Source: the human T2T-CHM13v2.0 reference genome, Homo sapiens. Taken from it: DNA of 64,000 bases. The DNA lies in NCBI RefSeq assembly GCF_009914755.1, contig NC_060931.1; one strand, 5' to 3'. Below, piece by piece: positions 1 through 12,754 of this stretch. Under the pieces are notes generated by a model. It worked only from the letters and a program-made list of their open reading frames with translations. It was not told the origin of the DNA and made no database searches. Every line of letters begins with the position of its first letter. The first letter of the stretch is position 1. The translations under genes were made by a program, and so were the position numbers.

Positions 1-115
1 ATGTTTGGAGGTTCTGCAGGACCTCAAGTGAGAAACAGTGAGTGGCTGAGCTAGTGCAATGACCATGGAGTGAGGAGGACAAGGTTGATAGGAGAGGTAT
101 TAAGGGGATGGCATC

Positions 116-409
116 ACTGGGCATGGTGGCTCATGCCTGTAATCCCAGCACTTATGGAGACCGAGGTGGACGGATCACCTGAGGTCAGGGGTTTGAGACC
201 AGCCTGGGCAACATAGACACCCCATCTCTACTAAAAATACAAAAATTAGCCGGGCATGATGGCGGGTGCCTGTAATCCCAGCTACTCATGAGGCTGAGGG
301 AGGAGAACCACTGGAACCTAGGAGACGGAGGTTGCAGTGAGCTGAGATTGCACCACTGCACTCCAGCCCGAGTGACAGAGTAAGACTCAGTCTCAAAAAA
401 AAAAAAAAA
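116..409 (+). mobile_element. Alu SINE (AluS-like), full length
   Basis: GGGCATGGTGGCTCATGCCTGTAATCCCAGCA start, central CTACTAAAAATACAAAAATTAGC linker, A-tail ending at 409. Confidence 0.95.
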
Positions 410-1325
410 GGGTGAGGGGAGGGATGGAATCTGAGGAGGCGGACACTGACGGGATGTGGTGGGGGCTGGAGGAGGGAAGCCACTCAGATGAAGCCCTGGG
501 GTGCTGCCTGGATGGCTGGAGGAATAGCAGTGCCATTAGCAGAGGAAACAGAGGCCAGGCGCTAGGCAGAGGAAAAGGCATCTAGAATCAATGACCTGGA
601 GGTGCCTGTGGGAAATAGAAGTGACGTCTCTGTGACTACCTGGTGTATGGTTAGATGGGTCTGGAGCTCAGATATGGATGATGTTTAGCTTCATTATTTG
701 CTGGTTTATTCTAAAAAATTTAAACATATGCCGAGATTAGGAAAATAAGATAGTGGACCCTATACGTATCCATCACCAAGCTTCCAAGATTGTCATTCCA
801 CTGCCAATCTGGTTTTACCTATGCCCTCACCTATGCCCAACCTTAACTATTTTGAAGCAAATAGCAGACATCACATCTTTTCATCCATAAATGTCTCAAG
901 AATGAAGATTTTTTTAAACACACAATACCTCTATCACACCAAAATATTAGCAATAATTTCTTAATATTATCAAATATCCAGTTATGTACAAATTTTTCCC
1001 ATTGACTAATACGTATTTTTAAAATCTGAATCAGAATTCAAACCAGGATGTCTCTTAAGGTTTTTGCAGACTCTAAAATCTTTCTCTCTCTCTTTCTTTC
1101 TCCTGCCATCTTTCTCTCTCTCTCCATTTTTTTACCTCCCTTCTTCCCTTACTCTTTCTCAATTTATTTGTTGAAGAAAGTGAGTAGTTTGTTGGTAGAA
1201 TTTTATATAGTCTACATTTTGCTGATTGTATCCCAATGATGCCCTGTCTCCTATATTTCCTGTTAACTGGTAATTCAATCTAGATATTTTATCACATCCA
1301 CGTTCAAATTTTTAGCAATAAAATA

Positions 1326-1660
1326 CAACAAACCCCCCATATCTGTGTGTCCTGCACTCATGGATTCAAGCAACTGCAGATAGAAAATAGTTTTTAGAAA
1401 ATCGTGTCTGTACTGAACATGTATAGACTTCTTTTTTCTTGTCATTATTTCTTAAACAATAAAATATTGTAACTATTACATAACATTTACATTGTATTAG
1501 ATATTATAAGTAATATAGAGGTGATTTAAATCATATGGGAGAATGTATGTAGGCTACATACTAATACGAAGCCATTTTTTATCAGGAGCTTGAGCATCTG
1601 TAGATTTTGGCACCCACGGGGGCCCTGAAAGCAGTGCCTGCAGATGCTGAGGGATGCCTG
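1326..1660 (-). mobile_element. MER2 (TcMar-Tigger) DNA transposon fossil
   Basis: Matches recalled reverse-complement MER2 motifs (CATTTACATTGTATTAG, TTGAGCATCTGTAGATTTTGG, terminal GAGGGATGCCTG). Confidence 0.8.
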
Positions 1661-3464
1661 CCCTCATGCGATGCCAGCACTTCCAGCACTAGGCACAGAA
1701 GCCCGCTAGCCTCACCTTTCTGACATTAGCAGACACTGGTGGTAAGGGCCCAACCTATTATTTCATTAGATGTGAAAAGATGCTAACAGTCAACTCCACC
1801 AATCCTTCCTTATTGCTTATCAGCTGGAAGAGATCACCAGAAGTCACGAAACAGCAGTGCCAGGCCGGGATGAGGACATCCAGGAAGAGGGTACAGGGTG
1901 AGGCCTGGGGACCCTCAGCACTTCAGGAGAAATGAGAAGGGGGGATGCTGAGAACAGCCTGGAAAGTGAAGGTCCTGCCAGAGGGGAGAATGCCTTCAAA
2001 GAAGCCAAGGTGGAGGAGCGTCATAAGCGACAGGGAGGGCCACAGTACCCAGCATCCTGGCATAACACAGAGATAAAGCAGGAGAATCACATGGAAACGA
2101 CAGTTCCTTGACCACAATTTCCATCATTGTATTTGAAGGAATGAAAGGCGATTGACCTTGATTTAGCGCCCTATATGACACCTCCAGCCTCCAAAGCTGG
2201 CTTCCACGCAGGAGGCATGACTTTCCCCTGCATTCCCATTCCCACTCGCCTTCCTCTGCCTGTGGGAAGCAGTCAGGATAATCTAGGCTGATTTGCTTGA
2301 AGAAGCAGATGATACATGATTGGGGGAAAAGCAACAGCCTGTCCTTGTTTTTTTGTTTTTTTTTTAAGTCTAGTCTCTGAGTAAAAGGAAAGTCTCATAA
2401 AACATAGTAGCAACCCATTTAGAAGCTGTGATGAGAAATCGCAGTTTCCTCATTGGCCAACCCAGAGAAAGGCTTTCCTCTTCAGGGGGATGGCACAGAG
2501 TTGGAAAGGAAATGAAGACAATGCAGGCAGTATCGGTGGACTCCTGAGAAAATGATGACTCAGGCAGTTGGTGGGGAGAAGTGTCACATTGTCTGAGGAT
2601 GTCCAATTGCAAGGGGGAATTATGCCCCTTAAGTAGGTGGAGCCAAGGGAGGTAGCAAGAACTAGCCCAAAAGTATATATGGATGTGATTAGTCACAATG
2701 GCTGTAATAGTCATACAGGGCTCCCTTCCCACCATGGTCCAGGAAGCAACTGACTCCAGGGGCCTGAGAATGGTACTGAAGCAGAACGAAATCCTCCTTG
2801 ACCCTAACAATACTGAAACAAAGTGTGATTCAGCAGCAAGCCACCCTCAGGAGCCTAGGACCAAGGACTAAATGGATTTTCAGCCATTGTCAGAGTGGAT
2901 GGGTAAAGTCAAGGACCTGCCTACACAGATGACCCCCACCCACCCAGCATCACGATGACCATGATCTGTGCTGCTTCTATGCAAGCCCCTGACTATCTGC
3001 GAAACACCGGGAATTGAAGTGAGACACAAATCCAAATTAGGTTTCTGTCAAATAGCAAGATGGAGTTAAAAAGGAAATTGAGTTAGTGTTTAAAATAGAA
3101 AGAGAGAGGACAGAGGGAGGGAGGGAAGGAAGAAAAGAAAACAAGAAAGTTACAATTCTTTATATACAAATTCATGTCTAGATGTTTATGTATTACACAC
3201 TCTCCTGCCCACACACACCCACCTCTAAAATTTGGAAAACAATAATTTTGAAAGCCCAATATTTGCTAATTCTTAATTTCTTCTACTAGTAGCAACAAGG
3301 AGTTAAATTTTCTTTCCTTCTATTCGGAGGCATTTCTGCCCTTAGAGACCAGCCCACATCAGGTAATAACACGGCAGCCTCAAATTGAGACCCTTCATGT
3401 TTGTTATGCTCATTTCATAATCATTGTCATCTCTGATGAGTCATTTCACCCTCACCATAAATCA

Positions 3465-3822
<358 letters not shown>

Positions 3823-4353
3823 GTAAGCAACAAACTCCAAGCTATAAAACTTTTGAAAGTTTTGCATCCCTGAGGCCATGTAGCCAGGCAATGCCTGGGT
3901 AGTGAGCACTTGGGTTGTTAGCCTGGTGTTGCTCTTTGTCCTGGGCTCAGAGCTGGGGCCGACAACACATACAAACCACCCACATCTTGGCAAATATATG
4001 CCGCCATTGTCACGTTTCCACCAGCTCGAAAGTGAGGTTAAAAAAAATAATCCTTACCAGCCTCAAGCTCTAAGAAGGGAAACTCATTGCAAAAGGATCA
4101 GAAGGAAAAATAAATAAATAATTTTATTCTCTTCTCTATAGCTTATCCACACCCTAATTAGCAGCAGGATCCTAATCCATATCCTGCTAATACATATCCT
4201 ATTGGTTCTGTTTCTTTGGAGAACCCCTGACTAATACATCAATACTCTGCAGAGATTTCTTGATTTAAAATAACAATGATATTTTGGGTGAGGAGTAATT
4301 AAGTGATTCTAAAGTTTATCTGTAAGCATACATAGAAGAGTTAGAAAAGAGTG

Positions 4354-5100
4354 TTTGCTATTGTGAATAGTGCCGCAATAAACATACGTGTGCATGTGTC
4401 TTTATAGCAGCATGATTTACAATCCTTTGGATATATACCCTGTAACGGGATGGCTGGGTCAAATGGTATTTCTAGTTCTAGATCCTTGAGGAATCACCAC
4501 ACTGTCTTCCACAATGGTTGAACTAGTTTACAATTCCACCAACAGTGTAAAAGTGTTCCTATTTCTCCACATCCTCTCCAGCACCTGTTGTTTCCTGACT
4601 TTTTAATGATTGCCATTCTAACTGGTGTGAGATGGTATCTCATTGTGGTTTTGATTTGCATTTCTCTGATGGCCAGTGATGATGAGCATCTTTTCATGTG
4701 TCTTTTGGCTGCATAAATGTCTTCTTGTGAGAAGTGTCTGTTCATATCCTTTGCCCACTTTTTGATGGGGTTGTTTGATTTTTTCTTGTAAATTTGTTTA
4801 AGTTCTTTGTGGATTCTGGATATTAGCCCTTTGTCAGATGGGTAGATTGTAAAAATTTTCTCCCATTCTGTAGGTTGCTTGTTCACTTTGACGATAGTTT
4901 CTTTTGCTGTGCAGAAGCTCTTTAGTTTAATTAGATCCCATTTGTCAATTTTGGCTTCTGTTGTCATTGCTTTTGGTGTTTTAGTCATGTTACTGGGTGC
5001 AGCACACCAACATGGCACATGTATACATATGTAACAAACCTGCACATTGTACACATGTACCCTAGAACTTAAAGTATAATAAAAAATTAGATAGGGGGAA
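4354..5100. mobile_element. 5'-truncated, 5'-inverted L1PA (approx. L1PA3-5): antisense ORF2 C-terminal part 4354-4989, sense 3'UTR/tail 4990-5100
   Basis: Minus-strand ORF 4494-5054 encodes L1 ORF2p C-terminus ([18 protein letters not shown]...[16 protein letters not shown]); plus-strand L1 3' end GGGTGCAGCACACCAACATGG...CCTAGAACTTAAAGTATAAT; TSD AAAAGAGTG at 4345-4353 and 5101-5109. Confidence 0.93.
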
Positions 5101-5589
5101 AAAAGAGTGGTGACCTATATTAGTTGTCTATTGTTACATAAAAAATTAATCTCAAACTGAAAAGCAACCTTTAAAGGCATTGGGCAGCAGTTTTGGCAGG
5201 GTGTTCATATTGTCTTTGGAAGCCATGCGCTAATCTGGAAATCATTCCCATGTATTTATCAGGAAGTAAGTCAAGGGTAAGCATAAAGAGTTTCCAAAGT
5301 GTTGGAACCTGGTGTTTCCAAAGAGGCAACACATTTCTGCCAAGGATCATAGACTTTGCCAGAATTCTGAGGACAACAGGGCTCCAGGTGTAACCAGAAC
5401 ACCAATAATTCACATGTCAGGCTGGGAGTTAGAGTCCATCACAATATGAATACAGCTAAAGTTTGTTTTTAATAAAACATTTTCTGTAAGGCAAATTAGG
5501 ATAACTACTAAGGCCTCACAGCTGATAAATGGCAGAGCAGGAATTTGAATCCTGTTCACTTTGTTTACAAAGCTTGTGCTCTTACCATA

Positions 5590-6024
5590 TGTGATGATTA
5601 ATTTCATGTATCAACTTGACTGAGCCATGGGGTGCCCAGATATTTGGTGAAACATTATTTTAAATGTGTCCATAAGAGTTTTTCTGGATGAGATTAGCAT
5701 TTGAATTGGTAGGCTGAATAAAGTACCTTGCCCTGCCCACTGTGGGTGGACCTCATCCAATCTATCAAAGGCCTAAATAGAAGAAAAAGTCTAAGTCTGA
5801 GTAAGAGAGAATTTGTGCTCTTGGTCTTCACTTGCCTTCAGACTCGGAATTGGTCTAGAACTTAGGAGATTCGCTCGCCTGGTTCTCAGGGTTTTGGCTT
5901 CCTGGGTCTCCACCTTGCCAACTGCGGATCTTGGGACTTCTTGGCCTCCACAATCACATGCCAATTCCTTATAATAAGTAAATAAATACAAATCCTGTTT
6001 CTCTGGAGAACCCTGACAAGTACA
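5590..6024 (+). mobile_element. MLT2 (ERVL) solo LTR
   Basis: Starts TGTGATGATTAATTTCATGTATCAACTTGACTG, ends CTGGAGAACCCTGACAAGTACA; both match recalled MLT2 termini. Confidence 0.85.
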
Positions 6025-6368
6025 TCAATATGCTACAGAAAATTCTTGACTTAAAGTAACAATGATATTTTGGGTGGGGAACAATTAAATGATACTGAAG
6101 TCTGTCTGCAAGCATAAATAGAAGAGCTAGAAAAGAGTGGTGATCTATATTCTGTCTATTGTTGCATAAAAATCACTCCAATATTTAGACACAAAACAAC
6201 AAACACTCATCATCTCATGATTTCTTTGGTTTGAGGGTTTGGGAGTGGCTTAGCTTAGTGGTTTTGGTTGAAAGTCACTCAGGATATTTGGCAATGATGA
6301 ACATTTTATTAATGTCCTAAAACTGGGTTGTGAGGTTGGTTAAAATTTACTAAAAGTTATTAAATGGA

Positions 6369-6738
6369 TCTATGGTCTGAGCGTTTGTGTCCCCTTCAAA
6401 TTCTTATGTTGAAACCTAATCCCCAATGTACTAGTATTAACAGGCAGGGCTTTGGGGGTGATCAGGCCATGACGGTGCAGCATTCATGGATGAGGCTAGT
6501 GCCTTTACAGAAGAGCCCAGGGGAGCATGCATGCCCCTCCCACTCTGGAGACTGCAGCAAGAGGTGCCATCTATGGAGGGAAGGGAGAGCCCTCACCAGA
6601 CACAGAATATGCTGGAGCCTGTATCTGCAACTTCCCAGCCTCTAGAATTTCCCAGCCTCTAGAAGGAATACATTTCTGTTCTTGGTAAGCCAGCCAGTTT
6701 ATGGAATGTTTGTTATAGCAGCCCAAGATGGTTGAGAC
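6369..6738 (+). mobile_element. MLT1A-type MaLR solo LTR
   Basis: CTATGGTCTGAGCGTTTGTGTCCCC...TATGTTGAAACCTAATCCCCAATG...TTGTTATAGCAGCCCAAG...GAGACA. Confidence 0.8.
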
Positions 6739-6789
6739 AAGTGGTAGACTTATGATGGGTGAGTATATGAATTCTATCTCAGTAAAGCT

Positions 6790-7280
6790 GTTAAAAAGAA
6801 AAAGAAAAACAAAGCTAAAAGTTGTTTCCTTAAAAAAATTAGTGAAATCAGTAAAGTTTAGCAAGACAGATCAAGGAAGAGAAAAGGAGAAAATACAAAT
6901 TACCAATATTAGGAATGAAAAGAGAAACATAACTGTGTATCCTACAGTTATTAAAAAGGTAACAAGAGTATAATATAAACAACTTTACAACCTAGAATTT
7001 GCCAATTTAGATGAAACAGATGAATAAATTCTTTGAAAAAAATTCCAAAAGTAATAGGAAAAGAAATAAAGAATCTTAGGTATTTTATGAGGCCAGAATA
7101 ACTTAGATACCAAGACTTTACAAGCACCTTACAAAATACATACATGCAAAACTCTTAAATAAAAATTAGCAATCAAATATAACAATATACAAAAAATACA
7201 TTATTACCAAGTAAATTTATTCTAGGAGGTTAATAGTAGCTTAATACTTGAAAGATATTCATTATAACTCACCACATGTG
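6790..7280 (+). mobile_element. Old L1 (L1M) ORF2 fragment
   Basis: A-rich; translation KIQITNIRNEKRNIT resembles L1 ORF2p. Confidence 0.7.
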
Positions 7281-7482
7281 GTGAAATTCAAATACGACCA
7301 CAAAGGCTTTAATACTCCCCCTTCAGTACTGTGGTAGAACGTAATTCCCCTGCCCTTGAGTGTGAGCTGGACTTACTGACTCCTTTGTAACTAATAGAAT
7401 GAAACATAGTGATGATATCTAACTTCAGAGACCAGTTTATAAAGGACACTGTGATTTTCTCATCTCTCCCTTTCTTGGATTA

Positions 7483-7810
7483 TAGTCAACCCTCTATATC
7501 TGTGGGTTCCTCATCCATGGATTTCATTGACTCCACATTGAAAATATTCAAAATAAATAAATAACAATGCAACAACAAAAATAATACAAATAAAACATAC
7601 AGTATAACAACTATTTACATAGTGCTTACATAGTATTTGGTATTATAAATAACCTAGAGATAATTTAAAGTGTATGGAGGAGAAAGGTATATGTGTGTAG
7701 GTTATATGCGAATACTATGCCATTTTATATCAGGAACTTGAGCATCTGTGGATTTTGATATCTGCAAAGGATACTGAAACCAATACCCCACAAATACTGA
7801 AGGATGACTA
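7483..7810 (-). mobile_element. MER2/MER2B (Tigger) DNA transposon fossil
   Basis: Terminal inverted repeats TAGTCAACCCTC / GAAGGATGACTA with flanking TA dinucleotides (7481-82, 7811-12); internal MER2 motifs. Confidence 0.8.
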
Positions 7811-8316
7811 TACTCACCTTGAAGTAAACAAACAGCTTTACGGTAAAATATATATCACATAAGATTTGCCATTTTAACTATTTTTAAGTGTAAAATTCAG
7901 TGGCATTAATTACATCTCCACTGTCTCATTCCAAAATTCTTTCCATACCCCAAGCAGAAACTCTGTACCCATTAATCTGTTACCGATTTTAAACAATAAA
8001 AGTTTTCATTTTCTTTCATTATCTCATTGGACATAAGATATAGTCAGCAATAACTTAGTTAAAGCCTTTTCTTATATTTAAATGTAATTATAGGATACTT
8101 TTCTTGGGAAGGGAGGAATGACAATTGATTCTAACCACAGTCTAATGACTTTAACTGTTCTGGAGCTAAGTTTACCTGTCTTTAGAAGGTTTGGAACCAT
8201 GGTATTAACTACATCCTCTATTTCATGAACAGCTTCCTTGGGCACAATAGTTATGTTCTACCCATTGAGATAGATACAAAACAGGGTGAGATGTGTTCAG
8301 GAAAATAAGCTTGTTA

Positions 8317-8947
8317 TTAATACTTTTAATATAACAAATACTGTTATGGTCCAGACACCAAACTGAGCAATTTACAACGTTTACCTCATTTAATCCTCAT
8401 GACACCCCTATGACATGGTTACTATTTCTATGTGCATTATTCAGAATAAGCCTGTGACATCTCAGCAATGTCACTGAGCCACACACTCACCCTCCTTTAG
8501 GTAACACCTTCACTACCTAAGGCAGGTGAAAAAGGAATCATAACCATGAGAGCTAGGTCAGGGGACAGAGTGGAATCAAGACACTAGGGTCACCCTTGTG
8601 AGAAGAGCATATAAACTATCATGCTAGGATGCTTTGACATCTGACTTGAGTTTTCTTTGTGTTGGGCACGCATCGCATAGTGTGGTGTTAAGTACGTGGG
8701 TTGACTCTGAAATAAAGCCATCTGGGTTTACATGAGAGCTATGGAATTTATTAAGTCTTAGAATTTACTAAAGCTTTTACTTACGAAGGCAAGTTAACAA
8801 ACCTGTGTAAGTCTCTATTCTGAATAATGCACATAGAAATAGTAACCATGTCATAGGGGTGTCATGAGGATTAAATGAGGTAAACCTCGTAAATTGCTCA
8901 GCTTGGTGTCTGGACCATAACAGCAGTTGTTATATTAAAAGTATTAA
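8317..8947. repeat. Long inverted repeat: arms 8317-8448 and 8816-8947 (132 bp, 127/132 identical), 367-bp spacer
   Basis: Manual alignment of left arm with reverse complement of right arm: 5 mismatches, no gaps; inner 70 bp perfect. Confidence 0.95.
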
Positions 8948-8975
8948 ATTAAAATGAAACATCAATAAATGTCAG
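8676..8975 (+). mobile_element. MIR SINE
   Basis: CATAGTG...TTAAG start, GGCAAGTTA, core TCATAGGGGTGTCATGAGGATTAAATGAG, terminal TCAATAAATGT. Confidence 0.75.
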
Positions 8976-11184
8976 TAAGTGAAGGTTTATGTGCTGCTTT
9001 TGAGATTCATAAACATGGCTGAAAAGAGAAGGGGTTTAATGAACAAGACTGTTCAAAATGTCAAGTTTACAGATTATCAAAACTGTTTCTTTAAATAGTG
9101 TTTGGATGTCAAGTTTTGGAATGGAGCAAATTAAATATTCCTTTCACAGTCTTTCTCTTCCAATTCTAAGATGCCAAGTTTCAGACAAGTGCCTGAATTC
9201 CAAGTGACATTCCAACATAGCCCTGTTATAAAGTGCCTTTATGCTCATTCTTCTATAACCTTGATTTAGTCCATTTGTTTTTTGGAGGAGGAGGGTTTCA
9301 CCTTCAATAGCTACGTGCGAAGTCTAGAGACACATTCAAGTTTATGAGAAGTTTGTACTTTGCATTGTTTATGATTATTCTGACTCAAGCTGAATGGCCC
9401 ATTTCTCTGTATTGCGACAGCCCGGGCAATTGCACACCTGAGCATGTCCTTGGAATGCGTGAGACACAAACATTCCAAACTGTAGGGATGCCAACTATTC
9501 CAACTATGTATCCAGAGTTCCCCACACGTATCTTAGCAAACAAGAACAAAACAACTCGATCCCATTGCTTGAACATGTTGGGCCACCTCATGTTCTCAGG
9601 CCACCATCCTCCACCTCAGGTCACGTGGTGAACATCCATAAGTAAGGATTATTCAGACTGAAGGCTAACAAGGAAATAAATAAATGACCCAGGATAAGCC
9701 ATGGTATCTAGTTCAGGGTTTTTTTAGAGACAGTGGATAGAGCAGTCATTGGGTCTACTTATGACCAGGTCAATGATTTCCCGAAGTCTAAATACATCCA
9801 ACAGATGTGACACAGTAGACTGCCATGGTCTTGGTAGCCAAGGAATTTGCTCCCAAGTGGAAGAGAAGGGAGCAGTGGTGGTTCTTGATATCCTGTGGGC
9901 ATTCTCAGCCCAGAAAAGGGAGGCTCTTATGAACCTTCTGAGGAATAATACATTCTTTTAAACACAGAAGAATCTAGCAGAAGCTTATACAGGGAGAGGA
10001 CTGCAAGTGTGAACCAAGACCTAGCACCTGGCAGGCCAGTCAAATAACCTGGCCATACTTGGTGGTGGGGAGAAAGGAAGCTGGCCCAGTGTTCCTACAA
10101 GCACTGCCCAGCTCGATTCCCAGGCCTGTGGCAAAGCACCACATGCGGTCTTCATTTCACTCTGGAAGCTGTCAGTACAGCCCAGGTGTTTCTGCTGCAG
10201 GCTCGAAAGGGCTGAAACTGCCGGTGGCCATTTGGGGTTGGGGTTGAGAGACAGGGACTGACAATTGCAAAGCCTTGAAATACAACCGCTACTAATCACA
10301 AGGAATGAAAGTATTGCCATGTTGACTATGCAACATTTAGTAACAATAGTACATTTTAAAATTAGTGTTTGCTTAATTGTTGCTCAATTACATTGATGCT
10401 GCTATCCCCAAATGCCAAACTATTTCCACTTTTCTGTTGCAGAAAAAAGAACATCACCTCTATAGTTATAACCTTGACATAGAAAATAAGTATATATTTT
10501 GTTTTTGTATTTATGCTAACTTTGAATATGTTTTATGTTGCATAAACTCCACAGTTATTATTTTAAGTTCTGCATTTTAAAATTTATTTCCATTTTTATC
10601 TTATGGTAGAATATTAAGGTTGATGCCAATAATTTGCTATTATATGTAAATACACAATGATCATCTTCTTACTTTTAGATAAAGTCACAGTAGTAGGATC
10701 CTGATCAAAGGTATTTTTACTTGTCAGTATGTTTTTCTGTCAGTTTTCACAGGACAGATGCTGCAAACGTGGCTTCAGTAACACTGCATTCATTACGTCA
10801 GGTATGTCACAGGGGGACACCTCCTTCACTGCTGACACCTCATTAATCGTAAAAGGTATCTTATCAGTCTTCTAAATATAATTTCATTCACACATCACAA
10901 TGTTAATCATCATTTGATGTTTGCATATTAAAAATATTTCCTACTATGCAAATTTTCTGTACTTAAACTTGAAGCTCTCATTCAATTCTCATTGGTTTGA
11001 ATAACAAATACATTTTCCTGTATAAGCCAAAAATATTTTCCAAGTTATTTGTTTTTCCTTTTGATAGGTATTTTTCATATATGTTTAATGATTTGTATAG
11101 TCTCATGACTGGGAGTCACTGGGAGATCTTACCTCTTGCAGCACCCACGCTCCCATACTTGACACAGTCCTAAAACTAATGACA

Positions 11185-11560
11185 GCATCATCTCACTTAC
11201 ACGCGGGATGTAGCAAGGGTGGATTCACGTGCATGGAGAGCAGAACGGAGGTGACCAGAGGCTGCAGGGAGAGGCTGGGGAGGTGTTGGTCAAAAGATAC
11301 AAATTTCAGTTAGACACGGGGAGTAAGGTCAGGAGATCCATTGTACAACATGATGACTATAGTTCCCAACAATGTATTATATTCCTGAATATTGCTACAA
11401 GAGTAAGTTTCAAGCATTTTCACCACAAAACGATACGTTTTTGAGGTAATTCCCATGTTAATTAGTTTGATTTCACCATTCCACAACATACACACATTTC
11501 AAAACATGCTGTATGTTATAAATACATACAATTTTTGTCACTTAAAAAATAGTATAAAAG
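11185..11560 (+). mobile_element. L1MA 3' end fragment
   Basis: TTGGTCAAAAGATACAAATTTCAGTTAGA...GAGATC.ATTGTACAACATG.TGACTATAGTT, typical L1MA 3'UTR. Confidence 0.8.
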
Positions 11561-12754
11561 AAGCCACTAAGAGAAAAAAAAACTCATGACAAATGACTAA
11601 TATGATGAATCATTTGAGGAATATTGGTGAAATAAGATTAAGAGAAGATTACACTGAAGAAGGAAAGACCCACAATCCCTCTAGAGGAAGGACAGTCACC
11701 AAGAGGAGCTAGTGGGGTGGCGGCGCTGTCAGGACCGCCAGGGCCACACGTGGAAGGAGGGGACATGAGGGGCTGCTAGAGCTCACCCTTCTCATCCCTG
11801 CACTTGTCGCCCAGGAGGATGGGCTCAGGGGCAGGATCCTCCCATCAGCCTGCTGAGGGTGGGGTGTGGAGGTGTGAAACTCAAGTGTGTACAAGAGGTT
11901 ACATTTGTATAAAAGCTTGTTTCCGTCTTTTTTTCTGATTAGATTTTTTCTTTCTAAACTGAGCTATCATTGACCTGGTTGTGTAAATTCAGTGAATGTC
12001 AATTTCCCCTCCAAGCCAATCTCTATCAGGTTTTCGGTCCTTACTCAGTGTGGTGTGGAAAGCAGGCATCATGTGAACCACTTATTGGTAGACGCTAAAT
12101 GAATCTGGCACACTCTGAAGCATGACATTAGAAGACATACAAATGTCTTCTTGCCTGTAGTAGTGAAGAAGATATTGATGCTGAAGATGCATGTGAAAAG
12201 ACTGAATAAATTTTTTAACTAAAAATGAAAGCATCAAAGATATCCTGCAATAGAGTCATAGTTCTGAGAAAAATTTAATGTATTCTGTAACTAAAAAACC
12301 CTGAAGTGCAAGAGAGGCAAACTATGTTGAAAAGAGTAAATACTTTTTTCCTTAAATAGGCTTACTATAAATTATAGGAAAAAACTTTTAAATATTTTTC
12401 TGAGGTTTATTCTGCATATTATTAAAAGACATAGAACATCTACAAAACGTGTAAGCAATATTAACGACGAAGCTACAACATACACAGCTCCACTGGTATG
12501 GAGAGCCAGATGCTCCGGTCCACACTCACACTCTGAGCAACGCTGCTCCTCTGGAGACTCCTCAGCAGGAGGGACGGCCGCTGGTGCGCTGGGGAAGGAG
12601 CCAGAGGCAGATGAAGGGCAAAGGAGATGGGCGGGACTGCCCTGAGGGTGGGCACCCAGTTTCAGGGCAATCAGGACACTGAGCACAGGGCGACAGAGAC
12701 AGGGGAGTGGGCTCCGGACAAAGTCAGGCTCTCTAGGTGGGTAGCAGAGTCCCT

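Noticed and set aside
4494-5054. 186-aa ORF as a gene
   Set aside because: L1 ORF2p C-terminal remnant fused across an inversion junction
8317-8947. Inverted repeat as TIRs of a DNA transposon/MITE or as a pre-miRNA
   Set aside because: Arms are MIR-derived, no TSD found, and a 367-bp loop is unlike a miRNA hairpin; kept only as a structural finding
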